From the human T2T-CHM13v2.0 reference genome, Homo sapiens: a DNA stretch of 64,000 nt. Positions 1-15,085 of the stretch are shown here, one piece after another (the first letter of the stretch is position 1; the number at the start of each line of letters is the position of its first letter). The stretch is from assembly GCF_009914755.1 (NCBI RefSeq), contig NC_060933.1; one strand, given 5' to 3'. Both the position numbers and the translations under genes were made by a program. The notes beneath the pieces were generated by a model, which had not been told where the DNA came from, did not search any database, and saw only the letters and a program-made list of their open reading frames with translations.

Positions 1-207
<207 letters not shown>

Positions 208-654
208 CTAGCATCAGTATAATTTGGAGAACAGGAAGTTTATGTGAATTTTCATGCTAAAACTTGTTCAGCAAGTTACTTTGAGCCAATCTGCTCAACT
301 TATTCCTATTCTTTCCCCTAAGAGTACATGTTCACTCTCTCTGCCTCTGGATGTATTTTGGAGAAAAGGTGTGAGAAGCCCTGAACCCATTGATTTCATT
401 AAGGAGGGAACCAACTCATTCAAAGATTCTGCTGGTTGACAGCTAATGAGGGAGAAGGTAAGACTGGAACCTACCAAGGTCTCTTATCTGTCCAGAGCTC
501 CTGATCTTGTGTCCTCATACACTAAACATTTTTTCTATTAATAAAACTTACAAATATTTGTTATAGAAAATTATTTTAAAACTTGAACATTTTGATATAT
601 TTCTTTCCAGTCTTTTTTTTCTAGGTAAATGTACTTTTTCCTGTTCTTGTTCTA

Positions 655-962
<308 letters not shown>

Positions 963-1937
963 TTTTTTTTTAAAACCTGCAACAATACTTTATTGTTATT
1001 TTTCGCTTAACATACTATGACAATTATTCTCTGATACTAATTATTCTTCAGAAATGGTTAATAATGATTATCTGAAAAACAACATAAAGATGTGTGATAA
1101 TTTAAAAATTACCCTGTCATAACACATTTTGAGCAATTCTAATTTTTTGCTTTTGTAAATAATGCTCTGATAAACACCCCTGAACAAAAATCTCTGCCTG
1201 AATCTCCATTTCCTTAGGAGAGTATCATAGAAATGTGATTAGACCAAGGATGTAATCTTTGTGCAGGATCTGGCAGTCCTGTAACTGTACCAGCTGACAC
1301 ATCCACAGACCCATCCCCCACCTCACTTTTGAAAAGACTATATTTTTTAACCCCTACAAATTTGAGAGACTGAACTAAATTTAATTTACATCTTTTGAGA
1401 AGAAACATGCTTCATACTTTTCTTGTCCATTTCTATTTCTTCTATGAACTTGCCCTTTCATTTTAATTATTTAAGGACTTGCTGTTTTTCCTACTCGTTT
1501 TTTAAAACAATGTAGTTTTTAAACACAAAATTAATGCTCATTTACAAATATTTCCCCAATTTGTCATTTTATTTTCATTTGTTGACAAAACTGATGCATA
1601 AATTTGCACTATGAAAGAAACGATTACAGTCATTCATATAAGCTTTCCTTTAGTGATTTCTTTCATTTATGTCTTTAAAAAGGCTCAAACATATATATTT
1701 TATTCTAGGTTTCAAAGTTTTACCTTTTACAATTAACTAACAAAATAAACATACATATTTTGATGTGTGGTGTGCAGTGATTTTTTTACTAAAAAACTTT
1801 TTCTCAAAGTCATTACATACTTTAAGGTCACAGGGTCTCAGGAGTGTTTGGCCTCAATAGGAAATTTTTTCATATCCTCTAATGTGCTGCTAAATGGTGA
1901 TCAAAAAAATATATGAAGCATATTAAGTGTCCTAAAG

Positions 1938-2245
1938 CAGCAGTCCCAACCCCCAGGACCACAGCCCAGCACCAGTCACTGGACTGTTAGGAACCGGGCC
2001 GCACAGCAAGAGAGTGGCAGGCATTACTGCCTGAGCTATGCCCTCCTGTGCATTAGATTCTCATAGAAGCATGAACCCTACTGGGAACTGTGCATGCGAA
2101 GGATCTAGGTTACATGTTCCTTGTAAGAATTTAATGCCTGATGATTTGAGGTGGAACAGTCTTATCCCGAAACCAACCCCCCGACCCGACCCCCATCCCT
2201 GGAAAAATTGCCCAAAAAACTGGTCTCTGTTGCCAAAATGGGAAC
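1938..2245 (+). mobile_element. MER1B-like hAT-Charlie DNA transposon remnant
   Basis: CAGTCCCAACCCC...TGTTAGGAACCGGGCCGCACAGCA...GCATTAGATTCTCATAG...GAGGTGGAACAGT matches the recalled MER1 consensus. Confidence 0.85.
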
Positions 2246-2434
2246 AAAATGGGAAGAGGGAACAGAATGAATGTCATTGAGATGCTTGTAGGACAGCGGT
2301 CCCTGTCCTACAAGCATCTCAATGACATTCATTCTGTTCCCTCTTTTTCTCTTCCTTACACAACCAGCAGGTCCGCATTTCCATCCCTAAGCATTAGACT
2401 TTTGCTCACTGCCAATTTATTTAAAGAACTCTCA

Positions 2435-2766
<332 letters not shown>

Positions 2767-2856
2767 TTAAAGACTCTAATCTCTCTTCCACTTTATACAT
2801 CTATTCCTACCTACATATTATGCATATGCTACCTATTCCAGTTCCTCCTCTTAATA

Positions 2857-3012
2857 GCCCTGTGGCCTTGGGTAAATTACCTGTCCTCTCTAAGCCTGCT
2901 TCTTCATCTGCAAATACCACCACCTAGTTTACAGCTCTGCTCTGAGTTTTCAATTAGTTAATCCAAGTAAAGCAGTACCTGGTAGGAAATAGACAATAAA
3001 TGTTAGCTATAA
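2857..3012 (+). mobile_element. MIR
   Basis: TGTGGCCTTGGGTAAATTACCT...CTTCATCTGCAAA...AATAAATGTTAGCTAT core. Confidence 0.75.
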
Positions 3013-3419
3013 TTTACAATGCAAAATCAAGTGCAAAAATGAGAGAGTAGTCTGATAAAAGGCTACAGGGCAGGGTTGGGTGGGGGGACAACAAAACCTC
3101 AGTAGTCAAGAGAAATAATATTTTAATGCAATACTTTTAAAAGTCAAAATTAATACCCAAAATTCACAAAGAATAAAATAAAGACAGGATCATTAACAGA
3201 ACTATGTTGCACCATATTGGCACCTAAGAAGCTGCCTTTGGTTTTGATCCAGTGGCAAGTGCTTTTATTCACCTTATCTAGTCTCAGCCCTGACTCAAAT
3301 TCTCCATTCCCAAAATAACTGAGATAACCATCACCAGCATTTCAGTATTTAAATTCATAGTGTTTGGAGATTTTTAGCTTGAATTGTTTATTCTTAATTT
3401 TATTGGATATAGATTGCAT

Positions 3420-4200
3420 ATCAGACATTCTTCCAGTATCAAGGATGCAGGACACAGTCATTACTGTCACAAAGGTAACATGCAAGTGTGAGCAGATGAT
3501 TTATTGATAGATGAATAATAAAATATCTAATGGAGATGAGTGCTATGCGCTAAAGAATTAAACGACAATGAAATACAGAGTGACCTGACTGCTGCTTTGA
3601 GATACCCTCTTAAGAAGGTACATTAAAACTAATATTCAAGAACCCGCAACAAGAAAATTAGAAGGAAACAGCATTCCAAGCAGTTGACCAGCTGACTTGG
3701 AGGCTGAGGTGGGAACATATTTAGCTGGCATGTTGCAGGTACAAGAGGGTCAGTGTGGTTGTGGCACAGCAGCTGGATGGCAGAGGTAGGAGGCACGGCA
3801 GGAGCACAGGCTACAGTTGCAATGGCCAAGTCACCTGGAGCATTATATTTTAGGAAACAAGTTGGATTTTATTCTAAGTGCACTGGACAGCCTTGGAAAG
3901 TCTGAACCAGTGAAGTAACAGGCCTTGATTTATGCTAGGTAAAGAATGGATGACTGTTAAGAACAAATTAGTAGGGTATTCCAACAATCAAAACAAAAAA
4001 AAATCCTAAAAAAGTCTGTGTGGGGCTGACAAGGGGAGGGATAGTTTGGAGATGGATGAAGTGAAAAAGGGAGGAGATGACATAGGGAGAACTCGTTGAT
4101 TTCTGGCTTGATGGATGGAGGCACTAGATTCTTAGAGAAGCCTGAAGAGGAAAGAGTTTGCAAAGAGAGGAGGTTAAGTTTGAAATGTGTATTCATCCCA
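3420..4200 (-). mobile_element. L2 fragment
   Basis: Degenerate L2 motifs (TTGGATTTTATTCTAAGTGCACTGG, GATGACT, TTGATTTCTGGCTTG); boundaries approximate. Confidence 0.6.
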
Positions 4201-4452
4201 ATGAAAAGCACTCTCGTACACCTAGAAAGTTCACTGCATCGACATGGAGACTACCCACGGAGGATGAAACAGAGGATGCGATTTGTGTCCTACATTCTCT
4301 GGGCCTCAAAGGCAAGGACACAGACATGACTGACCGTCTTCTGCTAATGTGTGAGTCAGAGCAGGCTGCAAAACCTGATTTGCAATTTCACTTCCTATGA
4401 GATAAATCTCCTTAGCTAAAGAAAAGGTAAGAAACTTGTTGGTCTCTAAGTT

Positions 4453-4485
4453 CCACACACAGACACACAAACACACACACACACA
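4453..4485. repeat. imperfect (CA)n microsatellite
   Basis: cacacacagacacacaaacacacacacacaca. Confidence 0.9.
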
Positions 4486-4489
4486 TTTA

Positions 4490-4831
<342 letters not shown>

Positions 4832-5227
4832 TTATTTGGGAAGCAGAAAGATATAAAAATATAAAGTCATAATAATAACAGATTTTAAGCAGCGAGGACC
4901 CTTCAAACTTAATACACCACCCACAGAATTTAACATTTTTTTTCCAGATAATAAAAAACGTGACACACGCAATCCAGATTATTAGGTCACACATAAAGAT
5001 AAACTGCACACTTTAAAAATGCAGCGGCTGGGAAATTATGGGACGCTCTTTTGAAAAGCACTCTGAATTTCCTTATTAACCCTGCAAATACTTCCTCAGG
5101 ATAGAACAGCTCATGTGGCCCTCCTCAAAAGAGAACAACAAATTACATTTATAACAGAGGAAAAGGCCTAAGATGGATTTGAAATGCCATTTTCCACCTT
5201 ATTGCATATTCATCAAGAGATCAGCTA

Positions 5228-5395
5228 CAGGCAGAGGTGCGGCACAGAAAGAACATCAGCTGAAGTCAGGGGCCCTCCCAGCCCGCCCACAGGAGACAAC
5301 GATCCGCACATAGCCACTTGGCCAATGAGAGCTGAGGATGAGCGAATTGGCCTGGATGACCTCAAGGGTTCTCTCCAGCGTTGGATTTTATGATC
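5228..5395 (+). mobile_element. MIR/MIR3 remnant
   Basis: 3' end TTGGCCTGGATGACCTCAAGGGTTCTCTCCAGC...TTTATGATC. Confidence 0.55.
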
Positions 5396-5967
5396 ATTTT
5401 CCCTCTCTCTATATTGTTAAACAGCATTAACAACTATTAAATTTCTCACGAGAACGTCACCTAGTATTTAGTATATATTCAAATAATAATTCAAATAAGT
5501 TGACTAAAAACTACAGTAGTCTTCTTTCAAGGTTAATATGTCAAGTTTTTTTTTTGCTTTTACTCACGTGGCTCTTCACTTTGAGCCTCTAAAAATAATT
5601 ATCTTTCAAGGTAGGGGAATTAAGGTGCTAGAGGGAGCCAGCCAAGTACTGCCCCAGTTAAGAGAAGCAATGATCTAGGAAGTCTCAAAAAATACGCAGA
5701 TTTTCAGATTGCAGAACATGGCATGCTTTCTGGGCTAATATTATCCCAGTAATTTCAAATAATGACATTGAGAATACTAAGAAGGACTTATATATGTTCC
5801 AAGTGTGCCTAATACGCATACAACCACAAAAGGATCTGGAAGACAGAAAGTATCATGGAAAACAAAAGTTACTGAATCTGCACATGCAGAGCAGTTACTG
5901 ACCTTTAAGGACTTTTAGAAGTCCACTGTTCATGTGGCATCTAATAGTCAGTTAAAAGGAAAATTAG

Positions 5968-6354
<387 letters not shown>

Positions 6355-8212
6355 TCACATTTTAAAGTTTAAAATTCTCTCTTGGGGGGAAATGTTGATG
6401 TTGATCAAAAACCATAGTACCTGCTGGGGGGTCTCATTATTGGCATTAAACCACCCAGCAAGGACTCTTGAAAGTATCATTTCCAAATGGCTATTTGGGA
6501 GAATCCAACTACGTCATAAAGAGATGCATTAGGAAATCAGTTGGGTTCTCACTTCTCCTAAAACAAAAAATTTTTTAAGATTCAGCTTTTGTAAAAAGCC
6601 AATACATTTGCCATTGGAGATAGGAAGTTGCCCCTTGGTAGCGAATGCTCAGAGAACTTCGAAGATAGGTACATGAAATGTCCCTGTTCTTTTAGGTTAT
6701 AATTACTCCAAAGCAGTCCAAAGATGCTTCTTGTGTGTTCCACATGTGCTGTCCAAAAGACAGGCGCAACATCTGGTACCACCAATTTTGATGTCAAGAC
6801 GATTTCACCAGCCAGTTAAAAAAGGTACCCTATGGGCTGTTTCATTAATTTAAATTTTGTCCTCTAATTTATTTCACCTGATTGCCCTATGTTCCTCCAG
6901 TATTCAATCCAGTGACAGGAACAGACGTGCAACAAAATGGTAACAGAGCAGGAGTCTCTCTTCCCATCTTTCCCCTTCAGTTTCTTCAGAAACAGCAATA
7001 GTCAACCTAAGCCTAAAATAAATAAATGCGGGTTTCCTTACTACTAAGTAAATTGCACATGGAAATATGCCTTCTTCCTGCAAAGGGAAGGATCTCTTTG
7101 CTCGGAAGTATCACACCTTGAAATGTATAACAAGCAGGCAGGAAATAAGAAAGGACACTCTTACAACCAGAATTACTCCTTGAGAAAGTAAAGTTAAAGA
7201 AAGTACATCGGTGCATTTTATTAATGTTTAGTAAAGCCTGCACATATGATGACTTCCTACCATTTGCCTGAAAAACGAGGAAGTGAAACCAATTTGCCTC
7301 TTAATTTAAATTGAGCCTCTCCTCTTGTTCTACAACCCATGAAGTGATCCAAGAAGCAAAAACTAGAGTTAAAGGGGAAGAGATATCATAACCCAAGATA
7401 TAATGTATGGCTCTTGGATTAGTTCTTGGTTTAGGCCTCATGACCCAACAAATGCTGTCTGAATTATAGCAGTATATACTCAGACCTTATTTTTAATACA
7501 CCGACCCAATAATACATAAAAATAACATTGGAGGAAGCATAATAAACATGGTTTTAGTCTTTAAAAAAACGATCAGAAACCAACTGTCTTATATGCAACC
7601 TTCCCCCTGAAATGTTTCATCATAGAAAAGATAAAAAAGTCATTAAGGCATCTAGTGAAAACAGTGCCTCACATAGACTGTACTTGCTTACTTGAACCAG
7701 TAAGGAAGTTAACAGAAATTAAACCAACTAAATGCAAAATACTTTAACAAATCAAAAAAAGAAAATATTGAATCACTAGGCATCACTAAGTTGGGTGATA
7801 TTTCCAGGGGTTTGTGAAATCACACCCATACCCCCGCACTCACACCACACATGAGTTGGGGCAGGGCTTCAAAAACCAAAAGCTGTAGCCTAACGCTGAC
7901 CCTAGAATGATTCCTTTCTTGTCCTGTTGTGTACTTAAGGCTCTCCCAAGTATACTCACCATCAACTTTTTTTTAGAGCCTGTCAATATACTACATATTA
8001 AATGAATGACTGCTACAATATTCTAGATCTTCCACAAACTAGAGTTGAGAATATAGAGGTGGGAAAATTTCCAATGATGAAGTATTCTTCTTTCTTTTCC
8101 ATATATTCTTCTTAATAAATATTACTGCTGAGGCAATTAAGTCATTACTTATTGCTTGTTTTGTACTATAACAGGTGCCACAGGAATTTTATAAAGTACA
8201 GGTAATTAATTT

Positions 8213-8662
<450 letters not shown>

Positions 8663-8733
8663 TGGGTAATGAGACTTTTAAGGAGTTGTCAAATACCTAA
8701 CTACTCAAAACATCACACTACTTAGAAAAGCTT

Positions 8734-9047
<314 letters not shown>

Positions 9048-9098
9048 ATAGAAGAGCTTGCTGCTAAATGCATTCCTTCTTGTTTTGGCTTTCAAGTA

Positions 9099-9409
9099 CA
9101 GTTGTCCCTTGGTATCAAGGGGATTGTTTCCAGGACAACCCTCACCCCTCCACCGATACCAAAATCTGCAGATGCTTAGGGGCCCCATATATAAAATGGT
9201 ATAGCATCTGCATACAAACTACACACATCCTCCTGTATACTTTAAATGATCTCTACATTACTTATAATACCTGATACAATGTAAATGCTATGTTAATAGT
9301 TGTTATACTGTATTGTTATTTAGGTTATTTTTATTGTTACTTATTTTTAAGTATTTTGCATCTGAGATTGGTTGAATCCACACAGCCTATGGATTCAGAA
9401 GATCAACTA
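9099..9409 (+). mobile_element. MER2 (TcMar-Tigger MITE)
   Basis: TA-CAGTTGTCCCTTGGTATC...ATACAATGTAAATGCTATG...TTGGTTGAATCCAC...GATCAACTA-TA; degenerate TIRs and TA target duplication. Confidence 0.9.
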
Positions 9410-9454
9410 TATATATTTATATGTGGGCTCTGATGTAACCGCTTTGTTCTTTCT

Positions 9455-9875
9455 CTATGTAACACATGACAGAGTTTGGATCAGATCCAACAGCCTATGA
9501 GATGCTATTGAAAAGTTCTGAGCAGGTAAGAACTTCATCATAGGACTCATGAAGAAGACACTGGCATGGCACAAACAGTTCAATTTTACAGGGAAGAAAC
9601 ACAACAAATAAATGGGACCAAAGAAAGCTACCGCAAGGCCCACACAGGAGGTAAGTGCCTGAAATTGTGTGGTGAAAATGGGCAAGAAGGAAGGACTTAA
9701 TATTGAAAAGATAGAACAGGCAGGTTGTGGCTGTAGTCTGTGCTGCAGTGAGAGAAAGAGGAGACCAAGAAAGAAGCACGGCTTGAACCTGGGAATCCGA
9801 GAAAATGGGAGCACCTTTAGCACTACTGGAAGGTCCAGAAGGAAAACTGGTGAAGTGTGAAGCTGATAGGCCACT
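9455..9875 (-). mobile_element. L2 fragment
   Basis: AGAGTTTGGATC...GCTATTGAAAAGTTCTGAGCAG...AAATGGGAGCAC degenerate L2 pattern. Confidence 0.55.
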
Positions 9876-11083
9876 TTTAGCTGTGTTACGTTGTCAAACG
9901 CATTTTCAGGGCATACAGGCTAGAAGCGCGATTCTGGAAAGCTTCTTCCTGGGGCTTTGGAAGGGAAACGCTGCTAAGTATGCACAACTGAATATTCAAA
10001 GCAGGAGACAAAATCATCTGGATACTGGTTGATGGAAGGTTTTAGATGTGGTGGGAGGACCAGTGGAACTAGGCAGATGGGACTGACAGGGCCCCCTGCC
10101 CCTCTGCAATGTAGCAAATGGCTGCATGAAGGAGGAGAGGGCAGCCTTGAGGGTTCTCTGGGTGTGAGGGTCTGCCCAGGCTGACCTGGGAGAGACACCA
10201 GTACAAATCAAGTTTATCCCACCTTCCAGTGTCACTTCTTTCCCACTGTTCTCCTATATCAGGTGTGTCCCCATGACCTTCCTAAGGATATGGAATGAGG
10301 GGCAAGGAAGGTTCTAGAAATGTTGAATAAATACACACATTTACAGTCTTTTATAGCAATGGCCATGAAACTCTACCTCAGAGCCTCCACTGGGCCAAAA
10401 GTAAATTTCCAAATTCTATTAATGCATGCAACGGCTACGCATGAGTCATGTGCCTTCAGTTTGATAAGAAAATTCTGATCCTGCAGCATGAAGAACTAAA
10501 TATGTTTACTCAAACCTCACTAGGAATATTTTAGTCACCTTATTGAAAACTCATTTATTTTTACTAAAACTGAAGAGTACAGTTGATGTCCCAACCTATT
10601 GCTGACTATAAACTCATAAATTTCACCACCTTGAGATAGTATAAAGCATGAATAATTCTAAAATACTAAATAAGTTCCCCCCTTTTCTCTCCCAATTCAT
10701 CTCCAGAAATGAATAATACAGAAAGCAAAGAAAAAAACAGAAAAAATCCAAACCACAAGTCAATAGCCATAACAGATAATCAACTGGGTGAAAAAACTCA
10801 TTCTGGAATTTTGATTTCAACCTAATTTTAGAGTAGGTAATTATTCTGTCCAACAAGAATTAGCAAGAATCAAACAGATAATGCCATATAGAGAATATTT
10901 TATAATCATAATATGTTGGGTGTTTTGAAACATGGCCATTGAACTCTTTTGCATATTAAGAATATAAGACTGTGTGGCAAGCCTGATTTCTGCACCCTCC
11001 CCTTTTAAACCAAATCCAAGAAAGTAGTTCTGATTGGGTTACCTCACAGTTATGTACTCGCTGATGTCCTGACACTTAATGAT

Positions 11084-11216
11084 TAGGGTGATCATATAAT
11101 TTATCATCCTAAAACAATAATTTCTAAGAGTAAAAGGGGTACTATTAAAAATTATACTAGACAATATGTGTAAACCACAATAGTCCTAGGCAAACTGGGA
11201 CATACATATGATCCTA
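11084..11216 (+). mobile_element. MER94-like hAT-Blackjack MITE
   Basis: TAGGGTGATCATATAATTTATCATCC...GGCAAACTGGGACATA...ATCCTA, ~133 bp with terminal inverted ends. Confidence 0.8.
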
Positions 11217-11420
11217 TTAAAAGTATTCTGGAATAGAAGAAGGTTGTAAAAGAGCATCTAAAAAGCTGAAGAGAAGTTATAAAGGTGAAGAACATAGGGC
11301 ATGGAAAAAATCTGAATATTAGCAGTAGTACACAGTCCTAATATCCCTTATAGTGCATATTACAGATTATAAAAAGTGTATGAACTCCCATAACAAACAA
11401 TCCTTTAAAAATAGGACCTA

Positions 11421-11711
<291 letters not shown>

Positions 11712-11808
11712 TTAAATTAAATTTTAAAAAGAATCTAACACATTGGGAGAAAGTATCTGCAAAATACTACAAAGAGTTAATAGTGATGTATTTTAAAATT
11801 TGCAAGTC

Positions 11809-12115
<307 letters not shown>

Positions 12116-12352
12116 TTAAATCTCCCAATAAAGAAAAGGGCAATTGGAAAAAAAAGTAACAACTAAAAAATAATTTAGCTTCACAAGTATTAAAAGAATT
12201 AACAAATTCAAATGGCAATGACATAATATTTTTCAAGTATTAAATTGGCAAAGATGTTTTTAAATGCTCATATTTAGGATTTGGAAATCTAAGGCAAAAT
12301 TGGAATTCTATACACCAATGTGAGAAATACAAACAGCCACAAAGCTTTCTAA

Positions 12353-12671
<319 letters not shown>

Positions 12672-13022
12672 AATAGGTACCATATCTTAAAATATTGTAT
12701 ACGTTTCTGCTCTAGTGATTCCACTTTTAGCAACTTTCCCCAAGGAAATGCTCATGTATGTTGCAAATATTAGCTATTGGATGTGTATTCACAGTTGATT
12801 AAAAGCATCAAAAAATCAAAACCTAAACATTCAACGATAAGGAATGGGTAAAATAAATAACAGTCCATCCATATGATGAGAGACTACGCAACTAGGAGAA
12901 ACAATGTTTTATTACGTTTAACTAAATAAAACTGTTGACAATATATTGCCAAATGGAAAGAGTGGACTGCAAATTCATATGTAAACCTCATACCAGTTCT
13001 CGAAAATGTGCACTTACATACA

Positions 13023-13030
<8 letters not shown>

Positions 13031-13069
<39 letters not shown>
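13031..13069. repeat. (AC)n microsatellite, about 19 units
   Basis: Pure AC run read directly from the sequence. Confidence 0.97.
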
Positions 13070-13076
<7 letters not shown>

Positions 13077-14781
13077 ATATAGAAAGAGGTAGGGTAGAAA
13101 AATCTATAATAAAGTGTTGAAAGTGATTATCTCTGGGTGGTAGGATGAGTAACTTCTCTTTTTCCTATTGCTAACTTGTATTTTCCCAATTTAACAAATT
13201 AAAATGGTATATTTTGTAAAAATAAAACAGTTGTTAAGAAACTGGGAGAAAAAAAAGGTCTATCCCCTTACAAGGACTTTACTTCAAAGATGTAACAGAA
13301 CTGGTAACAGAGTTAAAAGATCATGTTCTTTAAGTCAGAAGATGTGGAAGGTGAGGTAGTTTGGGGCTGTACTTGGAATTCCTCTAAGACCAGCCTTGTG
13401 AAGATAAAACTGAGATAAAATATACAAGAAAATGTCAGAGAGTGGTCAAGTATTATATGAAGGAATTTGAATATTATATAATGGAATGATTTTACTAGTG
13501 AGCCATTAGCAGAACATGTTTTGGGTTGAGTTGTTTTTCTTAATTCTGCAGTGATCCATCACTCTGCTTTGTGAGTACTGTGATATACTTGCAAAATGGT
13601 TGGCTGGACAGAGCAGAAACAGAACTGGCATGCTGGATGAAAACCACAGCCTTTACATTAGTAACCCTTGTCCTAATCAATGGAAACAAAAAATAATAAG
13701 GCATTCCCAATAGATTTCCTGGGAAACTCACCAAAAAGTAGAAAATCAATCAACACCCCACCACATATATTCCTCATAGTCCTTGACCTCAGGACCCTAA
13801 ACACAGTAGAGGATCAAAGAAAAAAGGGTAATGCATAATTATCTCAACTGCACCCCTTCAAATATCCACATGTAGAAAACTTTTAAAAATAAAGACACTT
13901 GAAATCTACCAGAATATGATCAATAGCTGTGTCTGGCTTGTAAAAATACAGGTTATATTATCTTTTTGTCTGTATTTTACAAATTTCTAACAAGCATTTA
14001 CAAATTAAATTTTAAGCAATCTTTGCAATCCTTGCAAATCTGCTGCACTTGGATCCAATAATTAACCAACTGGTTATTTGACTGTAAATGAGTGAATTTA
14101 CCTTTCTGGTTTTCATTTATCATTAAATGGGCTGGGAATGATGACTTCTTAATGGATAGAAACAAAATCCATGAAAAAAGAGTACTATTTTTAGAAGTTC
14201 CACTAGTCCCAGTTAGCACATAAGACTAATAACCTCACAAGGCAGATGTTGGGCATTGCAGAACCCATTTCTGACCTCAAAAGCTCTCAGGTCAACATAG
14301 ATTTGAAGATTATTCTAACCCAGGGAACCAAGGAAAGGGCTCCCCTCAGGGGTTTTGGTTCCTGAGTCAAATTTGAGCCTCAAGATCATTTTAAAGCCAA
14401 GCTACAAACCACAAAAGAAACTTAAGAGATATTAACTACAGTATATACTGACACATGTTCGACGTGTCTTGAGAAAAGGAAAAATATGTTGTAACAGATT
14501 TGCAAATGTAACATGACACGGGCAAGAACACTGGGAATGTTAGTCCCTTTTCTGCGATTAAAATGTTTGACTTTCAGTAGTCACAGGAATAATATGGGTC
14601 ACAATTCTCCCATATTTACAAGAGTCAGACTGGATAAACTCAAAAGTGTCTTCTCTTTCTATAATGATATAAATCTCTAGTATGCACATTCATGTGAGAC
14701 CACTCTTAATTAAAGCTTGATTTCCTCTACTACACAAATTGGAAAAAAAAATAAAGTACCTTTATCCTGGAAGTAACTAAC

Positions 14782-15085
14782 TTTTTTTTTTTTTTTTTTT
14801 GAGACGACGTCTTGCTCTGTTGCCCAGGCTGGAGTGCAGTGGCGTGATCTTGGCTCACTGCAACCTCTGCCTCCTGGGTTCAAGCAATTCTCCTGCCTCA
14901 GCCTCCCAAGAGTAGCTGGGATTTACAGGTACACAACACCACGCCTGGCTAATTGTTGTATTTTTAGTAGAGATGTGGTTTTGCCATGATGGCCAGGCTG
15001 GTCTCCAACTCCCTACCTCAGGTGATCCACCCACCTCAGCCTCCCAAGGTGCTGGGATTACAGGCGTGAGACACAGTGCCTAGCC
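14782..15085 (-). mobile_element. AluSx-like
   Basis: Poly-T followed by a full reverse dimer. Confidence 0.95.

Noticed and set aside
6695-6824. Plus-strand exon candidate after TGTTCTTTTAG
   Set aside because: Weak donor (AAG/GTACCC), no recognisable product, and opposite the inferred host strand
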